From positions 26,749 through 90,748 of IMG/VR virus record IMGVR_UViG_3300012000_000008: a stretch of DNA of 64,000 nucleotides; one strand, written 5' to 3'. A model generated the notes under the pieces. That model made no database searches. It had not been told where the DNA came from and worked only from the letters and a program-made list of their open reading frames with translations. This stretch comes from a virus. Position numbers and translations under genes: made by a program. Below, in pieces: positions 19,484 to 28,834 of this stretch (position 1 is its first letter; each line of letters begins with the position of its first letter).

Positions 19484-19948
19484 ATGAAAAACTTCTTACC
19501 TTTTGTTCTCATTCCATTTTTACTTGTTGGATGTGCTACTAATGATGGTGGCAGTGGTGGTTCTGATGTGGGTGGTACCACCCCTAAGCAAGCAGTAGAG
19601 AGTGCATTGCCTTACATTGCTCCTGCTGTGACATTGGCTTGCACAGTGGTACTTGAACAAGCAGTTTCTCCTGATGATCGTGTTGAGAAGGCCAACATGA
19701 TCAATCATGTGGCAACAGTAGTTGAAGGGCTTACCCGTGGTGCTACCCCCACTCCTGATCAATTGCAGAAAGCTCTTACTGACTACCTGCCAGTTGAGAA
19801 GACTCACTGGGCCAAGTACATCACAGTAGTCAAGGACATATATGCTGCACAATTTGCTAAACTAGGTGGTGATGCCAAGCTTGGAGTAGATGTTCTTAAT
19901 GCTATTGCCAAGGGTTGCAAGACTGCCACAGACGAGTACGTACAGTAA
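19484..19948 (+). CDS. Lipoprotein
   Basis: Lipobox LLVGC. Confidence 0.7.
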   Translation: MKNFLPFVLIPFLLVGCATNDGGSGGSDVGGTTPKQAVESALPYIAPAVTLACTVVLEQAVSPDDRVEKANMINHVATVVEGLTRGATPTPDQLQKALTDYLPVEKTHWAKYITVVKDIYAAQFAKLGGDAKLGVDVLNAIAKGCKTATDEYVQ

Positions 19949-20145
19949 TGCCTGGCATAGCTGAAGCAATCATAGGCGCCATTTCTGGGATATTTCAAGC
20001 CATAAACAATGTGTTTGGTGCCAAGAATACCAAAGAGATGAAAGACAGGCAAGTCAAACAGAAAGAAGCTGATCATCAGAATCAATTGGAAAAAGCCATC
20101 AAGGAGAAAGACATTGAAACCATTCGTCGTCTTCTTTCTGAGTAG
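19948..20145 (+). CDS. Small protein with amphipathic N-terminus (possible i-spanin-like)
   Basis: MPGIAEAIIGAISGIFQAI followed by a coiled coil; overlaps the next lipoprotein gene. Confidence 0.5.
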   Translation: MPGIAEAIIGAISGIFQAINNVFGAKNTKEMKDRQVKQKEADHQNQLEKAIKEKDIETIRRLLSE

Positions 20146-20530
20146 TTTGCTTCTAGCTGGGTGCGCTACTGTGACACCAGACAAAGTTAAAGATAATACT
20201 GCTTCTTTTGATTCTACTACACCAGCGAATTATGATAATTATAACTCTGGTATCATTGGATTCACTGAAGATGGCAGTGGCATTTTAACTTCCTTTGGAG
20301 TGCAGAGATATAACAATCTTATCAAAGATTATAAAATCAGATTCAAGGTGAACAAAGGTGTAGAATTAAATGAAAATGCAGGCATCTCTGATTATGTGGA
20401 TAAGAATAAAAATGTACTTGCTAAAATTGACTCTCAGCATTTTGTTTATTATGGCATTTTAAATTCATGGAGAAAAGATGGTGTAGAGCCTGATTCATTG
20501 TGGGACAAAGCCAAAGAATTAATTAAATGA
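20114..20530 (+). CDS. Lipoprotein (possible o-spanin-like)
   Basis: Lipobox LLAGC. Confidence 0.65.
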   Translation: MKPFVVFFLSSLLLAGCATVTPDKVKDNTASFDSTTPANYDNYNSGIIGFTEDGSGILTSFGVQRYNNLIKDYKIRFKVNKGVELNENAGISDYVDKNKNVLAKIDSQHFVYYGILNSWRKDGVEPDSLWDKAKELIK

Positions 20531-20682
20531 GATATTTTTTAATTTTAATAGCAATGATGATGGTTTCTTGTTCTCCTGTGCAAGAGTCAAAAGAACACAA
20601 AACTAAATATGCTGATGTGCCTACCATGCAGTCAGCAGAAGATGCAAACACTAAAGACTTTACAGAACAATCATTTAAATAA
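20527..20682 (+). CDS. Small lipoprotein (51 aa, not in ORF track)
   Basis: MRYFLILIAMMMVSC signal/lipobox; ATGA overlap with the upstream gene. Confidence 0.55.
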   Translation: MRYFLILIAMMMVSCSPVQESKEHKTKYADVPTMQSAEDANTKDFTEQSFK

Positions 20683-20688
20683 TAGCAT

Positions 20689-21285
20689 ATGGGATGGTCA
20701 TCCAGAGACAATAATTTAAGAAGGTCAACACCAAAACCGGTTCCTGCTTCTACACCTGCACCTGTGGAGAAAAAACCGGTTACCCCTCCACCTAGTAACA
20801 TCGCTGTGGATTTATCAGTTTTAGATGAAAGAAGTGCTAAGAATGTAGCAACTTTGCATGCAAGAGTGCAGTCTATATTTCGTGATTGGATAGCAGAATG
20901 CCAAATTATAGCCAAGGCTCATGGCTATGAATACAAAGCCATTTCTGGTAATAGAACTTGGGAAGAACAAGCCAAAATTTATGCACAAGGTAGAACTGCT
21001 CCAGGTAAAATAGTTACTAATGCTAAACCCGGGTACAGCAATCATAATTTTGGCATTGCTGTAGACATGGGTGTTTTTAAAGACGGTAAATATTTGGACG
21101 GTAACAACCCTTCAGAAGCAGAAATGTTTCATCGCAAAGCTGCTACCATTGCTGAGAAATATGGCATAGAGTGGGGAGGCAGTTGGAAGTCCTTCAAAGA
21201 TTACCCCCACTTTGAATATAAAACTGGCAAAGCATTGGCTCAATTGCGTCAATTGGTCACAGAAGGCAAAGACATTTTTGCATAA
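20689..21285 (+). CDS. Endolysin, M15 L-Ala-D-Glu peptidase
   Basis: RTWEEQAKIYAQGRT, SNHNFGIAVD and WGGSWKSFKDYPHFE. Confidence 0.9.
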   Translation: MGWSSRDNNLRRSTPKPVPASTPAPVEKKPVTPPPSNIAVDLSVLDERSAKNVATLHARVQSIFRDWIAECQIIAKAHGYEYKAISGNRTWEEQAKIYAQGRTAPGKIVTNAKPGYSNHNFGIAVDMGVFKDGKYLDGNNPSEAEMFHRKAATIAEKYGIEWGGSWKSFKDYPHFEYKTGKALAQLRQLVTEGKDIFA

Positions 21286-21455
21286 GTAATGGTGTGACTT
21301 TCAAAGATTACTACAAAAAAATAAAGAAAAAAAAGAAAAATACATTGCCTCAAGCCAACAATACTCACACTGATTCTTCCAACATGCCTGGTACCGCTGC
21401 TTTGCCTGCTGCTTCTGCTGGCATGCAACCCAGACTGTCTTGATGCATTTATGGC

Positions 21456-21484
21456 TTGATTTTTGCCATGTTTATAAATATAAT
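21456..21484 (+). promoter_or_regulatory. Sigma70-like promoter overlapping a TATAAATA late box, upstream of tmRNA
   Basis: TTGATT-17 nt-TATAAT, with TATAAATA at 21473-21480. Confidence 0.55.
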
Positions 21485-21505
21485 TGTGTTGTTCTTTGAC
21501 ATGAT

Positions 21506-21909
21506 GGGCCAGTACATGGAATCGATTGAACTGTGGAATTCATGGACGCAAGCACTGGGGCATGCCAGTATAAAATAGCAAACAAAATTAAATGCCGAAG
21601 ATACCTTCGACATGGCCATGAGTCTGGAACAGGCTGATGCAATTCTTGCTCAGCATGGCTTTGTAGACTCAGAAGCTGAACTCGAGTTAGTTTAACTCGA
21701 TCGTCTTGTTGTAGATTGAGATTGGTAAAACAAGGCGTGTTACAAATCTCTGACTTGGTGTGTTGTGATGGTTATCTGCCAAGCGTATAAAACTATCATA
21801 TGAAATGCGTTTAGCTTGGTTGCATGCATTTTGAATTTTAACCAAGATAAGCTTGTAGAGTCAATGAATGAAATTGTTCAAGACGTGGGTTCAAATCCCA
21901 CCTGGTCCA
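21506..21909 (+). ncRNA. ssrA: tmRNA
   Basis: Acceptor GGGCCAG/CTGGTCC with G3-U70; 3' end CAAGACGTGGGTTCAAATCCCAC; internal tag frame 21594-21695 ending in a stop-codon hairpin. Confidence 0.9.
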
Positions 21910-21932
21910 CATGAAAATATATGTGTTGATAA

Positions 21933-22742
21933 ATGCTTGCAATGCATTATAATAATAATGTGAAAGAAGTATTTTTTATTAATGGCATGCCTCGCTCAGG
22001 CAGCACTTTGCTTTGCAACATTCTGGCTCAAAATCCAGATTTCCATGTGACACCCACCAGTGGTCTGAGTGAAATGATCAGAGGCATTCATCAATTCTGG
22101 AAACAAAACCCAGTAATCAAAGCTTCTGAAACACCAGAAAAACAATTGCAAATCATCAAAGATCTTTTTCAAAGCTATCACTCTGACACAGAACGCCCTG
22201 TGGTGTTCAACAAGAGCAGAGGATGGTCATCTATGATTGAACTGGTGGAAAATGCTTTGGATCGTCCCATTAAAATTTTAACCACCACCAGAAGAATCAC
22301 ATGCATTCTATCATCTTTGGAAAAATTGTACCGCAAAGAAATAAAGCTTGTTAATAGTCCCATGGAAATTGGTCCCATGATGGCTACCCTGGAAGGCAGA
22401 ATTACCATGTGGACCAATCAAGATGGACTGGTGGGAGGCACATTCAATACCATCAGAGATGCATGCATGAGGGGCCACCGAGACAAGTTTCATTTTGTAG
22501 ATTTTGAAGAACTCACATCCACACCCAAGAGAGTCATGCAATCTGTGTACAAGTTTCTGGACAGAGACTATTATGACCATGACTTCAATAACATTGCTCA
22601 ATACACCAAAGAGAATGATGCAGAGCATGGATTCACAGATTTGCATACTATTCGGCCTGAAATCAAGCCGGTCAAAGATGATAGCAAAGAAATATTGGGT
22701 CATTTGCATGAAAATTTTAAAAATTTTCACTTTAATTTTTAA
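21933..22742 (+). CDS. Sulfotransferase
   Basis: GMPRSGSTLL PAPS-binding motif; HDFNNI. The true start may be GTG 21960. Confidence 0.85.
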   Translation: MLAMHYNNNVKEVFFINGMPRSGSTLLCNILAQNPDFHVTPTSGLSEMIRGIHQFWKQNPVIKASETPEKQLQIIKDLFQSYHSDTERPVVFNKSRGWSSMIELVENALDRPIKILTTTRRITCILSSLEKLYRKEIKLVNSPMEIGPMMATLEGRITMWTNQDGLVGGTFNTIRDACMRGHRDKFHFVDFEELTSTPKRVMQSVYKFLDRDYYDHDFNNIAQYTKENDAEHGFTDLHTIRPEIKPVKDDSKEILGHLHENFKNFHFNF

Positions 22743-22762
22743 AATAAAACATAAATAACTAT

Positions 22763-23053
22763 ATGAGCGAAAGAACTAAAGTAGATGTACTATTTGACAG
22801 TGTTTACACTATCAACCAAGTATTGGGCAATGAAAACAAAGGTGATGGTCAAAGAGGCGCACTCAAGGCCAATGTTGACTACATCAAGCATTGCTTGAAA
22901 AAAGAGGAATACACTCAGGTGCTAACAACTGAACAGACACAAGCTCTTAACAAAGCTGTTGCAGATGCAGAAGCTAAGATTGCTACTCTGCCTGTGCCAG
23001 AAGATGAAGCTAAGCGCGCTGAAAAACAAGCTCAGTTCAAGCCCAAAGCCTGA
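22763..23053 (+). CDS. Hypothetical protein
   Basis: 96-aa ORF with TAAATA upstream. Confidence 0.6.
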   Translation: MSERTKVDVLFDSVYTINQVLGNENKGDGQRGALKANVDYIKHCLKKEEYTQVLTTEQTQALNKAVADAEAKIATLPVPEDEAKRAEKQAQFKPKA

Positions 23054-23065
23054 GTATAACACTGC

Positions 23066-23962
23066 ATGTATAGTATCCTGCACGTAGAAGGCGGCGCTGG
23101 AAAAAATATTGTGGCCACCAATGTGGTCAGGAACATCAAAAAAACACATCCAGACAGAAAGCTGGTGGTTGTAGCACCATATCCTGAGGTGTTTTTGCAC
23201 AATCCTCATGTGCATCGTGTATATAAGACTGGTGTGTGTCCTTATTTTTACGAAGATTACATTCAAAACAAAGATACTCTGGTGTTTAAGCATGAACCAT
23301 ACAACAGCAATGATGTTATTACTAGAAAATGCAGCTTAGCACAAGCATGGTGTCAAAGCTTAGGGTTGGAATTGGATAGAAATGCACCTGAATTATTTTT
23401 TAATAACATTGAAAGACAAAACAGCAATGTCTTATTGAATCAAATCAACACAGACAAACCCATTATTGCACTGCAGATCAATGGAGGCATGGGCAACAAA
23501 CAGAACCAAATTAATTTTAATTGGTTCAGAGATTTGCCTCCTTTCTATGCACAAGCTTTGATCAATCAATATGCAGATCGTTTCACTTTTGTGCAAATCA
23601 AGAATTCTCACCAAGTAGCTTTGCAAGGTGCATTGCAAGTGGATTTGTCTTTGAGAGAAATATTCTTAATTTTAGCTCAATGCAAGGGTGCTATTGGCAT
23701 TGATTCAGTGGTGCAGCATGCCATGGCTGCTTTTGGTAAATCGAGCTTGGTTTTTTGGATCGGCAACAACCCCACAGTTTTTGGTTACGATATGCACACC
23801 AACATGGTTGCCAATGTGCCTGCTGCTGATAATCTGGAAAGTTATCTGGACCCTTACCCTCTTAATACTCATGGGCATCAGTGCCCTGCTGGCTACCGCA
23901 TGGTGGATTTGTTTGATGCCAAGGAAATTATTAGTAATTTTGAAAAATTATTTTTGGCTTAA
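23066..23962 (+). CDS. GT9/heptosyltransferase-like glycosyltransferase
   Basis: EGGAGKN, PEVFLHNP, IGIDSVVQHA and VFGY. Confidence 0.7.
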   Translation: MYSILHVEGGAGKNIVATNVVRNIKKTHPDRKLVVVAPYPEVFLHNPHVHRVYKTGVCPYFYEDYIQNKDTLVFKHEPYNSNDVITRKCSLAQAWCQSLGLELDRNAPELFFNNIERQNSNVLLNQINTDKPIIALQINGGMGNKQNQINFNWFRDLPPFYAQALINQYADRFTFVQIKNSHQVALQGALQVDLSLREIFLILAQCKGAIGIDSVVQHAMAAFGKSSLVFWIGNNPTVFGYDMHTNMVANVPAADNLESYLDPYPLNTHGHQCPAGYRMVDLFDAKEIISNFEKLFLA

Positions 23963-26900
23963 ACGCTGTTGAATTGTATTTTTCGCAAAGTGCCATTCAA
24001 ATTGATTACTAGCCAGCCAGCTGCTGCACCTGCTGTAGCTGTGGTGCTCAATGGCCATGTGGTGCTGCCCATGGCCCATTGATTGCTGGCAGTTGCAGTA
24101 GCAAATGCACCCATGGCAATGACACCAGACAAACTGCCAGTAGACACATTGGCTTGATTGCCAATGATAACATTATTAGACCCTATGGTGTTGGTGCACC
24201 CTGCGCTCAATCCCAAGAAATTGTTACCATTGCCTGAAGTATTGCAGAGACCAGCTACTCGACCCAAGAAATTGTTATCATTGCCTGTGGTGTTGCAACG
24301 GCCAGCTGCATATCCAAAGAAATTGTTGTTATTGCCTGTGGTGTTACAAAAGCCAGCACTTCTTCCCATGAAATTGTTGCAACTGCCTGCATTGTTATTG
24401 TAGCCAGCACGTCTTCCTAGAAAATTGTTGTCATTGCCTGTGCAGCTGTTACGACCAGCTCTGTATCCAAAGAAATTGTTGTAAGCACCTGTGGTGTTGC
24501 TAAAGCCAGCACTTGGTCCCAAGAAATTGTTGTTACCGCCTGTGCAGTTGTTACGGCCAGCCGCATATCCAAAGAAATTGTTGTTATTGCCTGTGGTGTT
24601 ACAAAAGCCAGCATATCTTCCCATGAAGATATTGGCACCGCCTGTGCAGTTGTTACGGCCAGCACGGTATCCAACAAAGATATTGTTGTTACCACTTGTG
24701 TTACAAAACCCTGCACGGTATCCTAAGAAATTGTTGCTGCTACCAGTGCAGTTATTATAGCCAGCACCATCACCAAAGAAATTGTTATTTCTGCCTGTGG
24801 TATTGCTACATCCAGCATTTCTTCCCAAGAAATTGTTGTAACGGCCTGTGGTGTTGGAACGGCCAGCATATCTGCCTAAGAAATTGTTGTAACTGCCTGT
24901 GCAGTTGCAGTAGCCAGCATCATATCCAAAGAAATTGTTGTGGTTGCCTGTGCAGTTGCAATAACCAGCAAATCTTCCCAAGAAATTGTTGTGGTTGCCT
25001 GTGGTATTGCCAAAGCCAGCATTGTTTCCAAAGAAATTGTTGTGGCTGCCTGTGGTGTTGTTACGGCCAGCAACGAATCCCAAGAAATTGTTCGAGTTAC
25101 CTATGGTGTTGCTATAGCCAGCAATTCTTCCCAAGAAATTGTTGCCACTGCCTGAGGTTAATGCATTACCAGCACTCAATCCAAATACAAAATTATGACT
25201 GCCCGTAGCATTATTGTTACCTGTGGTACTATCACCAATGAATACGTTAGGACCTGGGTTAGTACCTTTTAATGTTCTTATAGATATATCTGCAGAAGAT
25301 AATACTATTTGATTGGTTTGGGTGGCTATGGCTCTTGTACCAAGAACTATGACCCCTGACAGACTGCCAGTACTAACGTTAGCACCATTGCCAATGATAA
25401 CATTATTAGACCCTATAGTGTTGGTGCTCCCTGCATTTAATCCCAAGAAATTGTTGTCATTGCCTGTGCAGTTGCAATAGCCAGCACGGTATCCCAAGAA
25501 ATTGTTGCTATTGCCTGTGGAGTTGCAGTAGCCAGCACGGTATCCCAAGAAATTGTTGTAACGGCCTGTGGTATTATATTTACCAGCACTTTGTCCTATG
25601 AAATTGTTGTGACTGCCTGTGGTGTTGCTACGGCCAGCATTACCTCCAAAGAAATTGTTGCTACCGCCTGTGGTGTTGGAAAAGCCAGCATATCTGCCCA
25701 AGAAATTATTGTAACTGCCTGTGGTGTTGCAGTAGCCAGCATATCTGCCCAAGAAATTATTGTAACTGCCTGTGGTGTTGCAGTAGCCAGCACGACTTCC
25801 CAAGAAACTATTAAAGTTGCCTGTGGTGTTGTAAAAGCCAGCATGGAATCCAAAGAAATTGTTGTTACTGCCTGTGGTGTTAAATGCACCTGCTGCTATT
25901 CCCAAGAAATTGTTGTAATTGCCTGTGGTGTTAGATGCACCTGCTGCAGGCCCCAAGAAGTTATTGCCACTGCCACTGTAATTGGAAAAACCAGCATTGC
26001 ACCCCAAAAAGTTATTAAAAGAACCAACATTATTTGCCCGGCCAGCATTTTCACCCAAGAAATTGTTAAAACCACCAGAACTAAGCCCATTGCCCGCACT
26101 CAATCCAACTGCAAAATTGCCAGTTTGACTTGCATTACCATTGCCTGCAGCAGTACCAATGAAAACGTTTTGCAATGCATCACTTGCAAACCTGGTGGTT
26201 AGCAAATACAAATCAGTGGCACTCAAGCTGGTGGTGCTCAAACCGCTGGCCAATGTTAAATTGCCACCAATGTACACATCACCTGCAGAATTTACAGAAA
26301 AGGCAGTGGCGCTGAATGGATTGCCTATGGTAGTATTATTGAACAGATAAATGCCACCAGAAGCAAATGCATTTATGGAGTTATTAGCAAAAGAAGAACT
26401 GTTCAATGCATTTGTATTGGCAGATATGACTGTAGACCCCGGATGCACTGCATTGGCTTGCTTGCCAATGGCTGTACTATTGAATGCTGTAGCATTGGAA
26501 TCAATGCCTTGTGCATAAGCATAATTTCCAGATGCAACAGAATTATAACCTTGTGCATGAGATCCTGTGCCAGATGCCAATGTGAACACTCCCTCTGAAT
26601 GAGAACCTACACCTGTTGCAGAAGTATTGAACCCTTGCGCTACTGTATTAAAATTAGTAGCTGTATTGTCAAAAAACTCAACTTGAAGGTTGTTTTTTAT
26701 TTTGAGTGACACATCATTGTCATCATAAAATACTGCCACAGGCTGTGCTCCTGTTTGTTTGACTGTGAGTGCAGGGCCTGTTCCAGTGTTAACCACACTC
26801 AATGCACTGGTGACTGAAACAATGGTATCAATGTAAGAGAAATCACCCAAAGCTGTCAAGCTGCCAGCAATCAAAGCATTGCCTCCTACAAACAAATTGT

Positions 26901-27057
26901 TAGAAGCAGAAAGACTGCCAGCCAGGTGAAAATCACCCAAAAATGGTTCACTTGCTGAAGCTATGGGATCAGATGCAGAATCTGGATAGCCTGCTGAAGC
27001 ATTGGTATGGTGACCTCTTCTGTGTAGTTTGTTATGAAAGCGAGCATTTCCTGCCAT
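23959..27057 (-). CDS. Tail fibre/adhesin with 17-aa N-T-T-G-x-x-N-N-F-L-G repeats
   Basis: Two arrays of beta-helical-type repeats plus YadA-head-like ASG.SHA.G repeats. Confidence 0.8.
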   Translation of the reverse strand: MAGNARFHNKLHRRGHHTNASAGYPDSASDPIASASEPFLGDFHLAGSLSASNNLFVGGNALIAGSLTALGDFSYIDTIVSVTSALSVVNTGTGPALTVKQTGAQPVAVFYDDNDVSLKIKNNLQVEFFDNTATNFNTVAQGFNTSATGVGSHSEGVFTLASGTGSHAQGYNSVASGNYAYAQGIDSNATAFNSTAIGKQANAVHPGSTVISANTNALNSSSFANNSINAFASGGIYLFNNTTIGNPFSATAFSVNSAGDVYIGGNLTLASGLSTTSLSATDLYLLTTRFASDALQNVFIGTAAGNGNASQTGNFAVGLSAGNGLSSGGFNNFLGENAGRANNVGSFNNFLGCNAGFSNYSGSGNNFLGPAAGASNTTGNYNNFLGIAAGAFNTTGSNNNFFGFHAGFYNTTGNFNSFLGSRAGYCNTTGSYNNFLGRYAGYCNTTGSYNNFLGRYAGFSNTTGGSNNFFGGNAGRSNTTGSHNNFIGQSAGKYNTTGRYNNFLGYRAGYCNSTGNSNNFLGYRAGYCNCTGNDNNFLGLNAGSTNTIGSNNVIIGNGANVSTGSLSGVIVLGTRAIATQTNQIVLSSADISIRTLKGTNPGPNVFIGDSTTGNNNATGSHNFVFGLSAGNALTSGSGNNFLGRIAGYSNTIGNSNNFLGFVAGRNNTTGSHNNFFGNNAGFGNTTGNHNNFLGRFAGYCNCTGNHNNFFGYDAGYCNCTGSYNNFLGRYAGRSNTTGRYNNFLGRNAGCSNTTGRNNNFFGDGAGYNNCTGSSNNFLGYRAGFCNTSGNNNIFVGYRAGRNNCTGGANIFMGRYAGFCNTTGNNNNFFGYAAGRNNCTGGNNNFLGPSAGFSNTTGAYNNFFGYRAGRNSCTGNDNNFLGRRAGYNNNAGSCNNFMGRSAGFCNTTGNNNNFFGYAAGRCNTTGNDNNFLGRVAGLCNTSGNGNNFLGLSAGCTNTIGSNNVIIGNQANVSTGSLSGVIAMGAFATATASNQWAMGSTTWPLSTTATAGAAAGWLVINLNGTLRKIQFNSV
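24180..26090 (-). repeat. 51-bp coding tandem repeat arrays (approximate limits)
   Basis: For example, AGCCAGCATATCTGCCCAAGAAATTATTGTAACTGCCTGTGGTGTTGCAGT is repeated exactly at 25683-25784. Confidence 0.85.
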
Positions 27058-27073
27058 ATAATATTATTTATTA

Positions 27074-28174
27074 TCAATACCCAGAATAAGTTTTTTTGTA
27101 AATAAATTTTTTATCATCATCTGCAGATTTTGACAGCTGCACACTTGTTTTTAGCTCTTTTTCATATCTAATCACATACACAATTACAATATCACCAATT
27201 TCCATGAGAACTGCCAATAACAAACATACCCATGCAGTTATCTCCCAATTTAACAGAGCTGAAAATGATAGTTTTATTATGTTATCAGAACCAACTATTT
27301 GAACTGCATTGTATTGTACATTCAATTTGGAAGCTATGGTAGATAGAGCTGCATTCACATCTACAACAGCATCTTCTAATTCCTTGAAGGTACTAGCAGC
27401 ATTTACTTGTTTCTTTATTTTTATTAATTTTTCTTCTAACAAAACATTGGCTTGTTTCAGTTGATTAATAGCATCTTTGGTTTGATTTTGTACAAGCAGT
27501 GTTTCTCTTGATATTTTCTCTGCAGCAGCTTTGTTTTCAATTTCTGCTTGACTCTGCAATTTTCTCACTTCTGCTTGTAATTCTTTGGTTCTGGGGCCCT
27601 CTCCTACTTTTCCTGTTGAATAATCTGCTTTTACCCCTGTTTTTTCATCAATAACTTTTTGATTGGCATCATTAATTTCTATGTTCAATTGGGTTTTTTT
27701 CTGAGAATGGTGTTCTTCTATTTCTGCAATTTTGTTTCTCTCTTGATCTTTAATTTTTATTTCTTCTTCTGCAGCATTTTTTTTGCTCTGAATTTCAAAA
27801 GAGTTAATTTGCTCACTAATAGTTAATTTGCTCAGTTTGACGCTGTCTTGCAAGCCAGTTTCTGCATAAAAACCAGAGAAGTCAAATATGGTGGGCAAGA
27901 GACTCAAGAATGCACACAACAATGCAGCTTTCTTGGGAAATTTTTCACGTCCAAACAAAATAATTTTAACACAATAAGGCAAACCTACCACTCCTAATGC
28001 AGCCAATGCTACCAGAAACCAATTCCATGAAACCAATATAAAATTCAATGCATGAAAAGCAAAACAGTATGCAACACCAATTATGATCCAATAAACTATG
28101 TCTATGGCTTGTGCAGATACTTTATGTGAAGTATCAAATCCAAAAATGGTAGGATAGCTAGTCTTAAGCTGCAC
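27074..28174 (-). CDS. DUF4407-like membrane/coiled-coil protein
   Basis: N-terminal TM helices, a long coiled coil with GKVGEGP, and a C-terminal TM. Confidence 0.55.
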   Translation of the reverse strand: MQLKTSYPTIFGFDTSHKVSAQAIDIVYWIIIGVAYCFAFHALNFILVSWNWFLVALAALGVVGLPYCVKIILFGREKFPKKAALLCAFLSLLPTIFDFSGFYAETGLQDSVKLSKLTISEQINSFEIQSKKNAAEEEIKIKDQERNKIAEIEEHHSQKKTQLNIEINDANQKVIDEKTGVKADYSTGKVGEGPRTKELQAEVRKLQSQAEIENKAAAEKISRETLLVQNQTKDAINQLKQANVLLEEKLIKIKKQVNAASTFKELEDAVVDVNAALSTIASKLNVQYNAVQIVGSDNIIKLSFSALLNWEITAWVCLLLAVLMEIGDIVIVYVIRYEKELKTSVQLSKSADDDKKFIYKKTYSGY

Positions 28175-28182
28175 CCTATTAT

Positions 28183-28350
28183 TTACTTTTTCTTTTTTTT
28201 GGATTTGGCCTTTTTTTTAGGCTTTTTAGCTACAGGATCAATGGTCAAATCAGTGAAATCATGAATTTTGTATTTTCTAGCAAAAATCCAATCTTCTATT
28301 TGGAACTTTGTATTGTAATATAAATCAATTATTCTGTCTAGTAAGTTCAT
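28183..28350 (-). CDS. Small protein with Lys-rich tail (55 aa, not in ORF track)
   Basis: [12 protein letters not shown]...[14 protein letters not shown]. Confidence 0.5.
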   Translation of the reverse strand: MNLLDRIIDLYYNTKFQIEDWIFARKYKIHDFTDLTIDPVAKKPKKKAKSKKKKK

Positions 28351-28380
28351 GTAATTATTTATTCTCTATTAAATAATTTC

Positions 28381-28833
28381 ATGGGATTTGCTGTAAAACT
28401 AGGTACTCAATTGAAGATAAACAAGGGTATTCCATTGGAAGCTAAAGTTTCTGATGATTATTTTATACAGCCTACACCTACACCAACGCCTACACCTACA
28501 CCAACTGCAACACCTACACCAACTGCAACACCAACACCTACACCAACGCCTACGCCTACACCTACACCTACACCAACTGCAACGCCTACACCTACACCAA
28601 CGCCTACACCAACGCCTACACCAACTGCAACACCTACACCTACACCTACACCAACTGCAACGCCTACACCAACTGCAACACCAACACCAACTGCAACCCC
28701 TACACCTACACCTACACCAACACCAACTGCAACTCCTACACCAACACCAACTGCAACTCCTACACCAACACCAACTGCAACTCCTACACCTACACCCGGA
28801 TCCTTGGGAGGTGTAGGTGGAGGAGGCATTTAA
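28381..28833 (+). CDS. Pro-Thr repeat protein
   Basis: A 30-aa head followed by ~110 aa of PT/PTAT; TAAATA upstream. Confidence 0.7.
   Translation: MGFAVKLGTQLKINKGIPLEAKVSDDYFIQPTPTPTPTPTPTATPTPTATPTPTPTPTPTPTPTPTATPTPTPTPTPTPTPTATPTPTPTPTATPTPTATPTPTATPTPTPTPTPTATPTPTPTATPTPTPTATPTPTPGSLGGVGGGGI
28471..28797 (+). repeat. (CCNACN)n hexamer repeat encoding PT/AT
   Basis: Visible directly; varies at wobble positions. Confidence 0.9.
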
Positions 28834-28834
28834 A

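Noticed and set aside
24180-26090. Regularly spaced repeats resembling a CRISPR array
   Set aside because: The period is 51 bp (17 codons), in frame inside a fibre ORF, with wobble variation, no unique spacers and no cas genes.
24158-26350. Long antisense or off-frame ORFs across the fibre repeats (also 61046..63437)
   Set aside because: Shadow ORFs of low-complexity repeats.
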